NCBI RefSeq assembly: GCF_006345805.1
Contig: NC_043001.1
Coordinates: 119,102,001-119,166,000 of the forward strand
Direction of reading: 5' to 3'
Source of the DNA: Octopus sinensis
Lineage: Eukaryota
Length of the DNA: 64,000 bases
Below, one piece after another: positions 11,190 to 22,659 of the stretch. Positions within the stretch are counted from its first letter, which is position 1; each line of letters begins with the position of its first letter. Position numbers and translations under genes: made by a program. The notes below the pieces were generated by a model. It saw only the letters and a program-made list of their open reading frames with translations. It was not told the origin of the DNA and searched no databases.

Positions 11190-11745
11190 GAATTTGATTT
11201 AAATACAGTCATCTTCAGGAAAATTGCTGCAGTTGTTGAAGTAAAATACAAGTTGTATCACAAGTCGTGTGTTAGCACCATTATTCTTTTGCTCGTTATT
11301 GGTGTGTCATGTTTTATGACACAAAAGTTTTATGGTTGGAAAAATTGTCAACAATTTAAAGTATTATTTTAAGGAGTTGTCGTATCGAATGCATCTCACC
11401 TCTATCTTTTGCGAAATGCCTTCTGAAAGCAATGTACTATTTTTGAGAGTGTATTTGTATTGGCTCTTAAATGAGTGGGAGTTTTTCCTTTTGTTAAGTC
11501 GATAGACACAATTCTGCCATTTGTACTCAGTTGTAGTAGCCTGACACACGGCACTGTTTCTCATGTGCTGATTATCCAAGGGATGCGATTCACAAAGGCA
11601 ATAAACTTTATGATTTATTCAAGAGGAACAATATGAAAACCTGTTATTCCACAACGGCCTCTATAAGAAAAACTTCTTTCATTATCACAGAATCCTTCGA
11701 AACAATACAAAATAGAAAGATGACTATAATTGTCGAAACACTGAC
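11190..11745 (-). mobile_element. Penelope-like element fragment (GIY-YIG region) with inverted 5' segment
   Basis: Minus 11599 to 11330: HPLDNQHMRNSAVCQATT...HSFK...KNSTLLSE. Plus 11600-11745: NKLYDLFKRNNMKTCYS...HYHRILRN...YNCRN. CTGAAGATGAC hammerhead half-core at 11218 (minus). Confidence 0.6.
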
Positions 11746-12087
11746 ATATAATATAATATAATATATATTTCGGTTTGAATCAATCATGGTGTACATACAT
11801 ACATACACGTATTAAAGTGTGTTAGTGTGCTTATCTGTATTAAGGGTGGAGTTGAGTTCATAGATTGTTGTGTCTACAAGTCTCAGTATTCAATATTAAT
11901 TGGGTTCTATTCAATACAGCAAATCCTCTTTGCTATAGTACAATGCTAAAAGATATGAAATGTAATGTCCTAACCAAAGATTTTAATGATGGATACTTAA
12001 TAGATGTGTGTTTGTCTACACGTATTTTACTATACATACATACATACATACATACAACATACATACATACATACATACATACATACA

Positions 12088-12642
12088 TGGTGGTGGCTGC
12101 CCCCTCGTTATCGAGTATGGCCATTGCACGAAGTTTAATCAATGTTGTTATCGTGCAATGCCTGTGCAAGAAGATTTTTTTAAAGTGGAGAAAGGCAGTG
12201 CACTGAGTCAATCCCACTCACTAAGCAACAGCAGCCATAATCCGAAAAGAAGAAAAAGTCAACATCATCGGTAACCACTGAGCCGCAGGTTTTATGTCGG
12301 AGTTATTCCAGTTACCTGAGTTACCTTCTCCTAGAAGGATGCCCTAACAAAGGCTAGAAGTCCTTCACTCCCAATGGTTTAACCGCGCGATCGGGTATTC
12401 AGTCCGATTATTTCTATGTCCCCGCGCATGATACAACCTTAAGGCATTTATTGGATGGCCGTTGACTCTCAAGAGTTCCTCCGCCCTTTGACGAGTTTTG
12501 TTTTTCATTCTGCAGAGTGTCCAATAAACACCCTCCTCACCAAGCAGGCTTGGTGGGGTTGCCGGTTTAGTCGCCGACGACCCGACCATGCAACAGGTTG
12601 TACTGGGTTACATGTTACCAGTAGCACTCGAAAGTGACCTGA
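12088..12642 (-). mobile_element. Non-autonomous RTE-like element (5' UTR joined to 3' end)
   Basis: GTTAGGGCATCCTTCTAGGAGAAGGTAACTC resembles RTE 5' UTRs; 3' end ATGGCCATACTCGATAACGAGGGGGCAGCCACCACC; (CATA)n on both sides; no RT. Confidence 0.55.
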
Positions 12643-12731
12643 CATACATACATACATACATACATACATACATACTACATACATACATACGTGCATGCAT
12701 ACATACATACATACATACATACATACATACA

Positions 12732-12761
<30 letters not shown>
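12643..12761. repeat. (CATA)n microsatellite
   Basis: Direct reading. Confidence 0.95.
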
Positions 12762-12763
<2 letters not shown>

Positions 12764-13907
12764 CAGTCGTCCTCAAAATTATTCATACTCTTGTTAATTT
12801 TTGTAATCATGTGAAGTTTCTCGGCGGATTCCTTCACGTTTTCCTCAACGATCCTGATGTAATCTTCCTTTCTCATGAGTCCTTGTACTTTGACAAGGTT
12901 CCCTGTGCCACTGGAAGAAAAGCATCCCCATAACATTGTTTCCACCACCATGCCTGACGGCGGGCGCAGTGTTCTTCGGCTTGTATGCTTCTCCTTTCTT
13001 TCTCCAGACGTATTCAGCATTCATACGGCTAACTTCGTCTCATCAGACCATAGACTAGTTGACCAAAAGCTGAGATCTTGGTATCTTGTTTCACCTCTAG
13101 CAAAGGCCAGGCGAGCCTCCAGATGTTTCTTTCTGAGCAGCGGCGTCTTCCGAGGTCTACGTCCATGGAGACCTTCTCTGTGCAAAACTAGCTCAATTGT
13201 GGACCGTGACACTTTCGTCTCTGCCTCGTCAAGCGTTTCAATTAGGGCCTTGATTTTGGTCCGGGGGGTTGTTGTTGACGTCTCGACATATTTTCTTCGC
13301 AAGTTTGAGAGACACCTTACACTTCCTGCCGCGCCCACTGAGGGTTTTAACAGTGTTGGACCTCTTGTGCCTGTTGATTATGCTCCTGACGGTGCTTTAA
13401 AATGGCCTTGTAATCCATTCCTTCACTGTGATCACGCACGAGACGTTGTCGTTGGTCCTCACTGAGCGCCGTATTCTTGGTCATACTGATCAGAAATTGA
13501 GAATGGTCAGAACACTTTTCTTCGATTTATACCTGACCCAGCTCGAGGTTTTCGCCAAGAAAAAGTGGGCTATCTTCCCATAGAAGACATGTAGGAAGCT
13601 TGTGGACACGTACAAGAATAGTCTAGAAGCAGTCCTAAAAAACAAAGGCTATGCTATTGGCTATTAAAGAAAGATATTGTATTCAGTAAACTTAGGATAT
13701 GAATAATTCTGAACATGGCATTTTTTGAAAATCCATGAATAAAATACCCCTGAAATGAAGAATTTCTTGAATTGTGCATTGTTGTTATTCTTTCACTTGT
13801 TGATCACATATGACTTATAAACAAATTTGACAAAATGCATTCACAAAAATTACAAAAATAAAATTCCCTGAAATTAACAAGGGTATGAATAATTTTGAGG
13901 ACGACTG
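12764..13907 (-). mobile_element. Tc1-family transposon, both TIRs, internally deleted (1144 bp)
   Basis: TIR CAGTCGTCCTCAAAATTATTCATAC(T/C)CTTGTTAATTT at both ends (37 bp, 1 mismatch); TA at 12762-12763 and 13908-13909. Confidence 0.95.
12815..13484 (-). pseudogene. Tc1 transposase pseudogene lacking the second D and the E
   Basis: ATG at 13484; SGRGRKCKVS; GLHGRRPRKTPLLRKKHLEARLAFA; LWSDETK; MLWGCFSSSGTGNLVKVQG; truncated after KESAEKL; frameshifts. Confidence 0.9.
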
Positions 13908-14199
13908 TATATATATTTAAGTTCCCACACCTTTGTCTATATATCTACCTTCTCTATAATGTTATCAATTGATATGAAAATTATGTATTAATGGAAAACC
14001 TCTATTAATGGCTGATGATTGCTCAACATTTCAAAACTGTTGTAATACATACAACATTTAATAAAATGATGTAGCGTGAAACGATTGTACCAAATTACCG
14101 AAGTTATTCTTGTTGCTTATTATGATTATATATATATATATTGCGTGTGTATGTATTTGTTTTGCAAGATTCTTGATGTGAAAACGTGTGTTGATAAAG

Positions 14200-14385
14200 A
14201 TATTGTTATATTTGAGGATGGCCATCCTTTGCCAATTAAACACGTGCACTATTTAATTCATTTTCACTTCGTTTTTTTGATATTATTTTTTTTTGTTTAT
14301 TCATCTGTTAAAGTACTTTCATCAAAATTCTGTGACCTCTTCAGGGACTCTCTTTTCCATGTGTCTCCTCTTGCCTGGAACTATA
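14200..14385 (-). mobile_element. Short hammerhead-bearing element, family C (second copy)
   Basis: Homology to 2225-2440. Confidence 0.6.
14305..14350 (-). ncRNA. Hammerhead motif, catalytic core intact, helix I eroded
   Basis: GAGUCC-CUGAAGA-G-GUCA-cagaauuu-UGAU-GAAA-GUAC-UU-UAACAG; palindromic AGUACU helix III. Confidence 0.6.
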
Positions 14386-15042
14386 AAGACAAATATAACA
14401 TACTCCTTGACGTTCATTAACTGTTCGAATCGAGAATGGAAATATAAAGAAAGAAATGACTCCTAGATACGATCGGAGACTTAATGCAGATATAAATATT
14501 ATAAATATACACTTTTAAGATGAGATTAATAGCCTGGGAAAATCTGACTTATAGACATCTCATCGCAGACATTTCGATATTTAACAGATAATAAGTTTAT
14601 TGATGTAGCTTTCCGCTTGCTCTTACTGCCACTTAACAGCGCTAATATAACATTTTCTGATGTGGCATCATAGAATTGTAAACTAATCCGTGGGTTCCTC
14701 GTAATGCAGTAAGCGTTCACTTTGCAGCTTTCGACAAGCAAATCAAAACTTACACATTTTCCAGTTTTCACTCTCCAGGTTTCCATAATTTTTCACTCCA
14801 AAACAATGGTTTCAAAAAAAAAAAAAAGATCTGAAATTACCATTGTTTTTTCTTTCATCAAAACAAACGAAATAAATAAATAAATAAATAAAGTAATAAA
14901 CAAAAATAAACAAAATTACAGAAAATCTTTGAATAAGCATAAAGAAAAAAACCCCTCATTTCCATAAACACGAAAACTTAAAGAAAAATGCAAAGGTAAA
15001 ACAGCAAAATGAATGAATATGTAATTAACATTAATCGGAAAA

Positions 15043-15088
<46 letters not shown>

Positions 15089-16449
15089 TAATAATAATAA
15101 TAATAATGATAATAATAATGATGATATGGAAAATATAGCTTCAACAACCACTGAAGTTAACAGTAGCCGGAAACAACAACAACAGCAACAACAAAAAACC
15201 TGAGCAGCTAACAATAATAATAGCCATAGTAACAATAATAATAACAACAAAACAATACTGACAATACCGAAGACAGTTACGAAGGCAACCTTTCAGCCTC
15301 TCTTTTCCTCTCCTCGCTCTTTCCGCTCTCTTTATTTCTCTTCCTAGCTTTTTTCTTTTCGTTTAAAGTCTACACCCCAGCTCTGCTTCGTTCTTATCCT
15401 TACTCTTACTCTGTCCTTCGTTCTATGGTGCAGAGGTATCTCGTTCCATAAAGTAAGCAGCAACCCGCTTTCAGCTCTCTTTAAACGGATCAAATCCGTG
15501 TATTCGAAGCGGTTGGCTGGTTGGCTGGCTGGTTGGTTGGCTGGTTGGTTGGTAAGCATTTCCGACATTTACCATGCTGAGACGTCACACGAAATTATGT
15601 CACGTGACCGTTCTTCAACGCTCTCCAATAGCTTTAACGGGTTTATTCATTCGGTAGAAATCGTTACAGAAGACGGAAAGGAATGAAAAAAAAAAGAAGA
15701 ATTTTCACGTCATTAATTCTATTAATTTGCTTTTGTGAACCTATTTAAATAAATGAGTGTATAACTGTTTCTGAAGGATGTATGTATGGATGCGTGCCTT
15801 TATAAATGTATGTCTGTGACGGTAGGTGTGTGTACGTATGCATTTGTGCATGTGTGCTTGTATGCGTATATCTGCACACATAGATGTGTGGAAGCATACA
15901 CATTGCAGCGTGTGCAGATCTCTACGTTTATATTTATGTATACGCACCTAAACATACATTTATATGAGTGCATCAATGAACGTTCCCCCATCTCAAGCTT
16001 TTGCAAGGCTTTTTTACGCATTTCACGGCACAGTTAATACTTATAGGTGTAATTTCTTAATTAGCCCTGTTCATTTTGGGGTTTTGTGAATCCCAGCTTC
16101 TTACGACTGGTGATGGGGGAAACACACACACACACACATTCGCATACATGCATGGATACATACACTCACACATGCATGCCTGCAGGCATGTATGTATGTA
16201 TGTATGTATGTGTGCGTGTATCTATTGTGTGGAGACCTAGAAAATCACGCTCTCTCTGCATGGCACATCAGTTCGATAGTTTTTGTGGATTCTTTCATTC
16301 TTTTAGCACTTCCCCACCCCCATTTCTTTGACTGTTGACCGACTTTCAGGGTGTGAGATATAATTGCACACTTGTGGATGACTAATCTCTCTCATTGACT
16401 GTAGACATTGATTTTTCGAAACCACATCTCCCTCACCACATACATACAT

Positions 16450-16518
<69 letters not shown>

Positions 16519-16634
16519 CATAGATATACACACACATATATATATATACACACATATATATATATATAATATATATATATATACATATACATATATGTAT
16601 ATATATATATATACACATATATATATATATATCT

Positions 16635-16734
<100 letters not shown>

Positions 16735-17351
16735 TTATGTATGTGTGCCTGTGTATAAGATGGATCACAGTTGGAATTTCCGAACTTGAGTTTTCGGTTG
16801 TTCATTCAACTGAACTACCTACATATTGAATTAACATTTAAGTGGTTGTAAGTATTCTACAGGCAGGTGTATTCTTAAAGTAATCTTCAAGCAGTATCAA
16901 CTTGATACTGTGTGTGTGTGTGTGTCTGTGTGTGTGTCTGTGTTTGTGTGTGACAAGGGTAGACTTGAATTACAAGGACCGTCTGTCTAATGACCTTGCC
17001 AATGACATGCTCGCATCTGCCCCAGTTCTGAACTGGAGCAGATTGGTAAGGCTGCAGACGGCGACTAAATGACTATGATGAACCAACTGATTTTATTGAT
17101 CAAATAATTGGTCAAACAATTAGTTACCTAATCATTATTAATAATTATATATAACATTATGTAAACTGTATGCACTACATGTGTTCTATTGGCAAAGTGA
17201 ACCTGTTAAGTTAATACTTGAGAAATTGATGATGGTAGACATGGGCCTACATGCATACGTACGTACGTATGCATGTATGTATGTATGTATGTATGTATGT
17301 ATGTATGTATGTATGTATGTATGTATGTATGTATGTGTGTGTGTGTGTATG

Positions 17352-18325
17352 TACGAATGGTCGTCAGCAATTCCTCGAGTTTGAGGATAATTATCCACTA
17401 AACCTCCGCGAAGTCGACTGTGACTACATAGTACCATTTGTAATTCCGGTTGCAGACCGGGTAAATTTTTGCTCTGCGCTCTCACTAATCGCCAGGATGT
17501 TCGGCATGCGCTGTTTTCAAGTGTTAGGCCCATCATAGATGATCTATCTCCAGTTATGGGGCAAGGGTATTCACTGACAAATCTCATTCGGATACATTCT
17601 TCTCATCGGCGTACAAGTGTTTAATTAGGCTGAGAGTCGGTTGGAGGAATAGATGGATCCGCATTCGCACATGGCCTATCCATCGAAAGTGAAATTGTGT
17701 AATTATGGTTTCAATGTAGATAATATTGGTCTGCTCGAACACACAGACATTCCATCCTCTGCTCTGCCACTAGATGAGTAAGCTTTCTTTCAATATGTCT
17801 GGTGGTATATTTCTATCGTTTGGTTATTTTACCTATAATTCAGATCCATACAAAAAAAAGGCGAGAATAATAACTGCTTTATTCATCATAGATTTGAATT
17901 TTTATCTCACATCATTTTTTTTTATACTACCCTCTTCTCGGTGGACCAAATCTTGCTTTGGCGTATTTTATCCAGTGTTCTATATTTTCATTGATAACCT
18001 TGTTCTGTGATAGGTGGCTCCGTAATTAGAAAGACATGGGAAGTGCCCTACATTTCCCACTATTTATTTATATACCTGAATGTATAGGTCCATGTTCCTA
18101 CTTGTTGGCAGATCCCTGTTTTACTTATGTTGAGAGTGAGAACGATATCCTCATATGAATCAATAGGAATGTCGGCACTTGTCTGTTGTTCTTTTGCTGA
18201 AGTCGTACTAACTGTGACATCATTTGCGTGATGAAGTTCAATAACCGATGCAGTTGTGTTCTCTTTTCTAGCATGGAGTCTGCTAAGGTTGAATTGTTTT
18301 GCCATTTATGGATGAGCTCTGAAGA
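17352..18325 (-). mobile_element. RTE (BovB-like) LINE, degraded 3' ~1 kb
   Basis: FNLSRLHARK..IELHHANDV (ELLYADD-like), KAVII..LYGSE, IETIITQFHFRWIGHVRM; 3' end runs into (CA)n/(CATA)n. Confidence 0.8.
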
Positions 18326-18336
18326 AGATGTGGAAG

Positions 18337-18402
<66 letters not shown>

Positions 18403-19269
18403 ATTATATATTTGTATATACACACCGGGGAAGATTACGCCGATATTTTTAACGCCAACTGCAATTAGTGTATTTATATATTTGTATGTTTATTATATAT
18501 AAGTTTTTATTTATTTATCAACTTATTTATAATTAATTTGTCTATTTAAACTTTTTTCACAGCATGATATTACGGTTGAGTGAGAAAATACGCACTTACC
18601 TATCTAACTCCATATCTACGAAAATACGTACTTACCTACTTGCATGTCAGTCTGTTGAGCTATCTTTTGATCAATTATCTGTTTGTCTATATGTTTGTTT
18701 TGTAGTTCACCAGTCTATGAAGAAAAGAAGGAAACTCGCTTGTCGAAAGGCTGATCGCAGTGTGATACGAAGTAATTTTCGTATTTGCCGCAAATGTATT
18801 ACCCATATGCATGCAGCGAAATAGTTACGACTAGAAATCGACACGAAAGCTCTTTTCATTTGATGCCCGACTTCGGATATATAAAGAAAGAAAGGGAAAA
18901 CCGACATTGATGATGTTAGTGAAGTGAAATGGCTTCAAGCAGACATTGAAATTACGTTACGCTCTCAGGTAGCTCGAAGCGTACCTCTTTTTTCTGTGGT
19001 GTTCCCCATTAATGCTGTATATTGATTTCTTTTTGATCAAGTGCAGATGTGGTAAGGGGAAGGATGAGAAAATGTGCTGCTTAAACTTTTCCCCCAAGAC
19101 ATTAGCTGTGTAAGTTTAGCGAACCAAAAATCGCTATGAGCTAACCTGTTTATGTAAATCATTCGTTATATTTACAAATACGATATCGATTTATTTCCTG
19201 GAAACAAAACCTGCGGCTGCTTTTACTAGGAAGAAGTGGATATAGTCGAGCGATCATTCCATTGCTCAT

Positions 19270-19470
19270 TGATTTCTTACATAGGCACAGGGCCATGAAT
19301 TTAGGGAGGAAAGGACATGGGAGATTATAGCAGTTTCAGTATTGTTTTGTACTTATGTTATAGACCATTGAAGGATTGGAAAGCAAAGTCGACAGGTGAT
19401 AGAGAGGGTTCGAACTCAGAACATGAAGTTTTGTAACTATATATGAACAAGGCACTGCGTTTGATGATCT
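19270..19470 (-). mobile_element. SINE family 1, highly degenerate
   Basis: AAGCAAAGTCGAC...TTCGAACTCAGAAC on the plus strand. Confidence 0.45.
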
Positions 19471-19812
19471 AATGATTCAGTTAATCCGCTGTCCTAATAT
19501 TCCCCCTATATATTAGTTTTATAAATGAATTAATACATGATTTGGTCCTGGAAATTTGAATGAAAAGCGTGTAGCGCTTCGAATGAGTAATGTAGCGCAC
19601 AACATCCCGCTCATCATCAGAGCTACGAATTTGCGTAACCAAAACTCTTGACTTGCAAATGATTAAGTCAGTATAACCGCAATTAAAAGGTGTAAAGAAA
19701 GTAAATAACAATTTCATCGTCGTAAACACTGATAATAACAACTCACCGGCTGTAAGCAGTGACAGCACAACGCTTCGTTAGTTTGAGATATTTAGAGCGA
19801 ATTTGTCGAGAG

Positions 19813-20324
19813 CAGTGATTCTCAACTGGGGTCTACATGATCCATGGGGGTCCATATAAAACATTTTGGTAACATTTATGTGCAATAGGCGCAGGGTTGG
19901 CTTTGTGGCAAGAAGCTCGCTTACCAACTACACGGCTCCGAGTTCAGTCCCAATGCGTGGCACCTTAGGCAAGTGTCTTCTACTATAACTTCGGGATAAC
20001 CAAAATCTTGTAAGTAGATTTGGTGGACAGAAACTAAAAGAATATATGCGCGTGTCTCTTTGTCTGTACTTGTTTCCCGCCACCGCTTGACGACCGGTGT
20101 TGGTGTGTTTATGTCCCGTAACTTAGCAGTTCGTCAAAAGACACCGATAGACTAAGTACCAGTCTTAAAAAAGCAAGTAATGGCGTCCATTTATTCGACT
20201 AAAAATTCTTCAAGACAGTAGACCAAAATATAAGATTTTTCAAAACGCCGAATGGTTATGAGGGTCCATCCGAGTAAAATAGGAACCAAAGAGTCGAAAG
20301 GTAAAAAGTGGATGAGAAACACTG
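19813..20324. mobile_element. hAT (Charlie-like) MITE split by a SINE
   Basis: CAGTGATTCTCA at left, TGAGAAACACTG at right; 8-bp TSD not cleanly recoverable. Confidence 0.6.
19887..20215 (+). mobile_element. tRNA-derived SINE, family 2 (CORE-type, OR-like)
   Basis: GGCGCAGG..TGTGGCAAGAAGCT head; CACCTTAGGCAAGTGTCTTCTACTATA core; GTAACTTAGCAGTTCG tail. Confidence 0.85.
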
Positions 20325-20889
20325 TCTAAGGTAGATCCAATTGGTCTCGTAGGAATCGATGAAAAATCACTGCTAGAATCATATGATCATAAAATACCTA
20401 CAGAAGTGTAAAGTAGAAAAAAAGAGGGTATCAGTATTTCTTCTGCTCATACAAAGAGCTTCCGTCATTAAACAAGTATGGAACTCGCTGGTCGATGCAG
20501 TAGGTCGTGTAGTTACCATTTTGAAATTGGCCTTGAACGACAAATAGAAGCCATTCGTTGCAAAAACATATAGAAGCAAGGTTACCTTCTCAAACAGAAT
20601 AATTAGATTTAAAGAAATTACTCAATTAATTTCTGCTCTCTCTCTTTCTCTCCCTCTCACACACTCTCTCTCAATATATATATACATATATATATACATG
20701 TATGTATACATACACACTAACATATATATGCACCACATTCACACTCACATATACATATATATATACATATATATGTATGTGTGTGAGAGTGTGTAGGCGT
20801 GTATCGATGTTTCTGTGCGAGTGTGCATGTGTGAGTGTGTATGTGTGTGTGTGTTCAAGTTTGTATATATGCGTGTATGTAAACCATAA

Positions 20890-20938
<49 letters not shown>

Positions 20939-21446
20939 TACACACATACACACATATATATGTATATGAATACACATACACAATATATATAGCATAAATA
21001 TTTGTACACACACATGTATGTGGGTGTGCCTGAGTATATACGTGTGTCTGCGTGTGTGTGTGAGTGTGTATGTTAGGTGTGTGAATATATGTATGCATCT
21101 ATGAATGTTCGTATGTGTGCATCTATGGATATCTATTCTTATTCACAGTTATCTGTGCCAACTTTAGCACCTTTAACAATTGACAAGAAACGTTAGCGAT
21201 ATTAAATTTGCGTTCTGACCCCAGCTTCAACATTACTTACCTCCTACTCTCTCGTCCCTTCAGCACTCTTCTTAAGTTTTGCATTGCTTGATCGTCTGTT
21301 TGCATAACCTCTACACTTCAGACTGGCACCAAAATCAGTCCAATAGGAGTGTGCCATTTATTTGTCTATTATTATTACCCTAACAACACTTCATCTCTCC
21401 CTCTTTCGTGTACTCTCTCTTTTCTCCTACTTTCAGCATAGAACAT

Positions 21447-21667
21447 CCATCCATCTATCCATCCATCCATTCATCCATCCATCCATCCATCAATTCGTCC
21501 ATCCGTCCGTCTGTCCATCAGTCCGTCAGTCCGTCCATCCACATGTCTGTCTATCTATTCCTCTACCTACCTACATACCTACCTACCTACCTACCTACCT
21601 ACCTACCTACCTACCTACCTACCTACCTACCTACCTACCTACCTACCTGCCTGCCTGCCTGCCTGCA

Positions 21668-21746
<79 letters not shown>
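21447..21746. repeat. Compound tetranucleotide microsatellite (CCAT, CCGT, CCTA, CCTG, TCTG, TCTA)
   Basis: Direct reading. Confidence 0.9.
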
Positions 21747-21747
<1 letters not shown>

Positions 21748-21933
21748 ACGAGTTTAGACTTTGTGCCAATGCGTTTTTTACACTCAAAAAGTGAAAGGCG
21801 GAACTAACGTGAGGAGTAACGTACACTCTGCTATATAGTAGGTATGTGTGTATTTAGACATGCGTACTTCTATATATATGCATGTATATATGTGTGCGTG
21901 GGAATGCACATATACATACATGCATATATATAT

Positions 21934-22152
21934 TTCTTTACTACCCACAAGGGGCTAAACACAGAGGGGACAAATAAGGACAGACAAACGTATTACGTCG
22001 ACCCCAGTGCGTAACTGGTACTTAATTTATCGACCCCGAAAGGATGAAAGGCAAAGTCGACCTCGGCGGAATTTGAATTCAGAACGTAACGGCAGACGAA
22101 ATGCAGCTACGCATTTCGCCCAGCGTGCTAACGTTTCTGCCAGCTCGCCGCC
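21934..22152 (-). mobile_element. SINE family 1, near-intact
   Basis: GGCGGCGAGCTGGCAGAAACGTTAG A-box region, GAATTCAAATTCC B-box-like, GTCGACTTTGCCTTTCATCCTTTCGGGGTCGATAAATTAAGTACCAG body. Confidence 0.93.
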
Positions 22153-22221
22153 TTATATATGCATACATATATAAGTACGCATGTCTAAATACAAACACAC
22201 ACACACATATACATACAGTCA

Positions 22222-22423
22222 CGAAGAGTAGCTGAAAAGTTTCTGACTTTGCGTAAAAGAAGATACAGGAGGATCAGTTAATTATGATTTTACTCAACAT
22301 ATTCCCCTCTCAGATTCACACACTTACTGAAGCGGTCGTTCAGTTATTCTGAGTCCTGTAAAAGAACTCGGATGTTCGGGCCTACTACTCTTGAAACCGG
22401 GAAAATTTCAGCACCCCATCGTG
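22222..22423. mobile_element. Mariner-derived MITE (~200 bp)
   Basis: Imperfect TIRs ACGAAGAGTAGCTGAAAAGTTTCTG / CCGGGAAAATTTCAGCACCCCATCGT. Confidence 0.7.
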
Positions 22424-22427
22424 TGTA

Positions 22428-22429
22428 TG

Positions 22430-22528
<99 letters not shown>

Positions 22529-22550
22529 GTCTATCTGTCAATCTATCTAC

Positions 22551-22637
<87 letters not shown>
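22428..22637. repeat. (TCTA)n microsatellite
   Basis: Direct reading; similar arrays at ~37968-38087, 39055-39158, 42800-42930, 47201-47283, 61455-61575. Confidence 0.95.
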
Positions 22638-22638
<1 letters not shown>

Positions 22639-22659
22639 ATAAGGGAAAAGTAAAAAGAA

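Noticed and set aside
11715-11742. AAGATGACTATAATTGTCGAAACAC as a hammerhead
   Set aside because: Better explained as PLE coding sequence (..YNCRN); CUGA is absent.
14297-14386. Minus-strand terminal exon FQARGDTWKRESLKRSQNFDESTLTDE*
   Set aside because: Lies within the family-C hammerhead repeat homologous to 2225-2440.
14526-14786. 86-aa minus ORF METWRVKTGKC.. with an internal GTAAGT
   Set aside because: Unrecognised, and its length is attainable by chance; no partner exon.
19560-19630. CTGATGA...TTCGAAGCGCTAC on the minus strand as a hammerhead
   Set aside because: GAAG instead of GAAA, and no consistent helix I plus NUH arrangement.
21241-21311. Minus exon VMQTDDQAMQNLRRVLKGRESR ending at a strong GGAG|GTAAGT
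   Set aside because: No pyrimidine-rich acceptor in the open frame.
21934-22152. Genuine tRNA gene
   Set aside because: The tRNA-like head is part of a multi-copy SINE and does not form a full cloverleaf.
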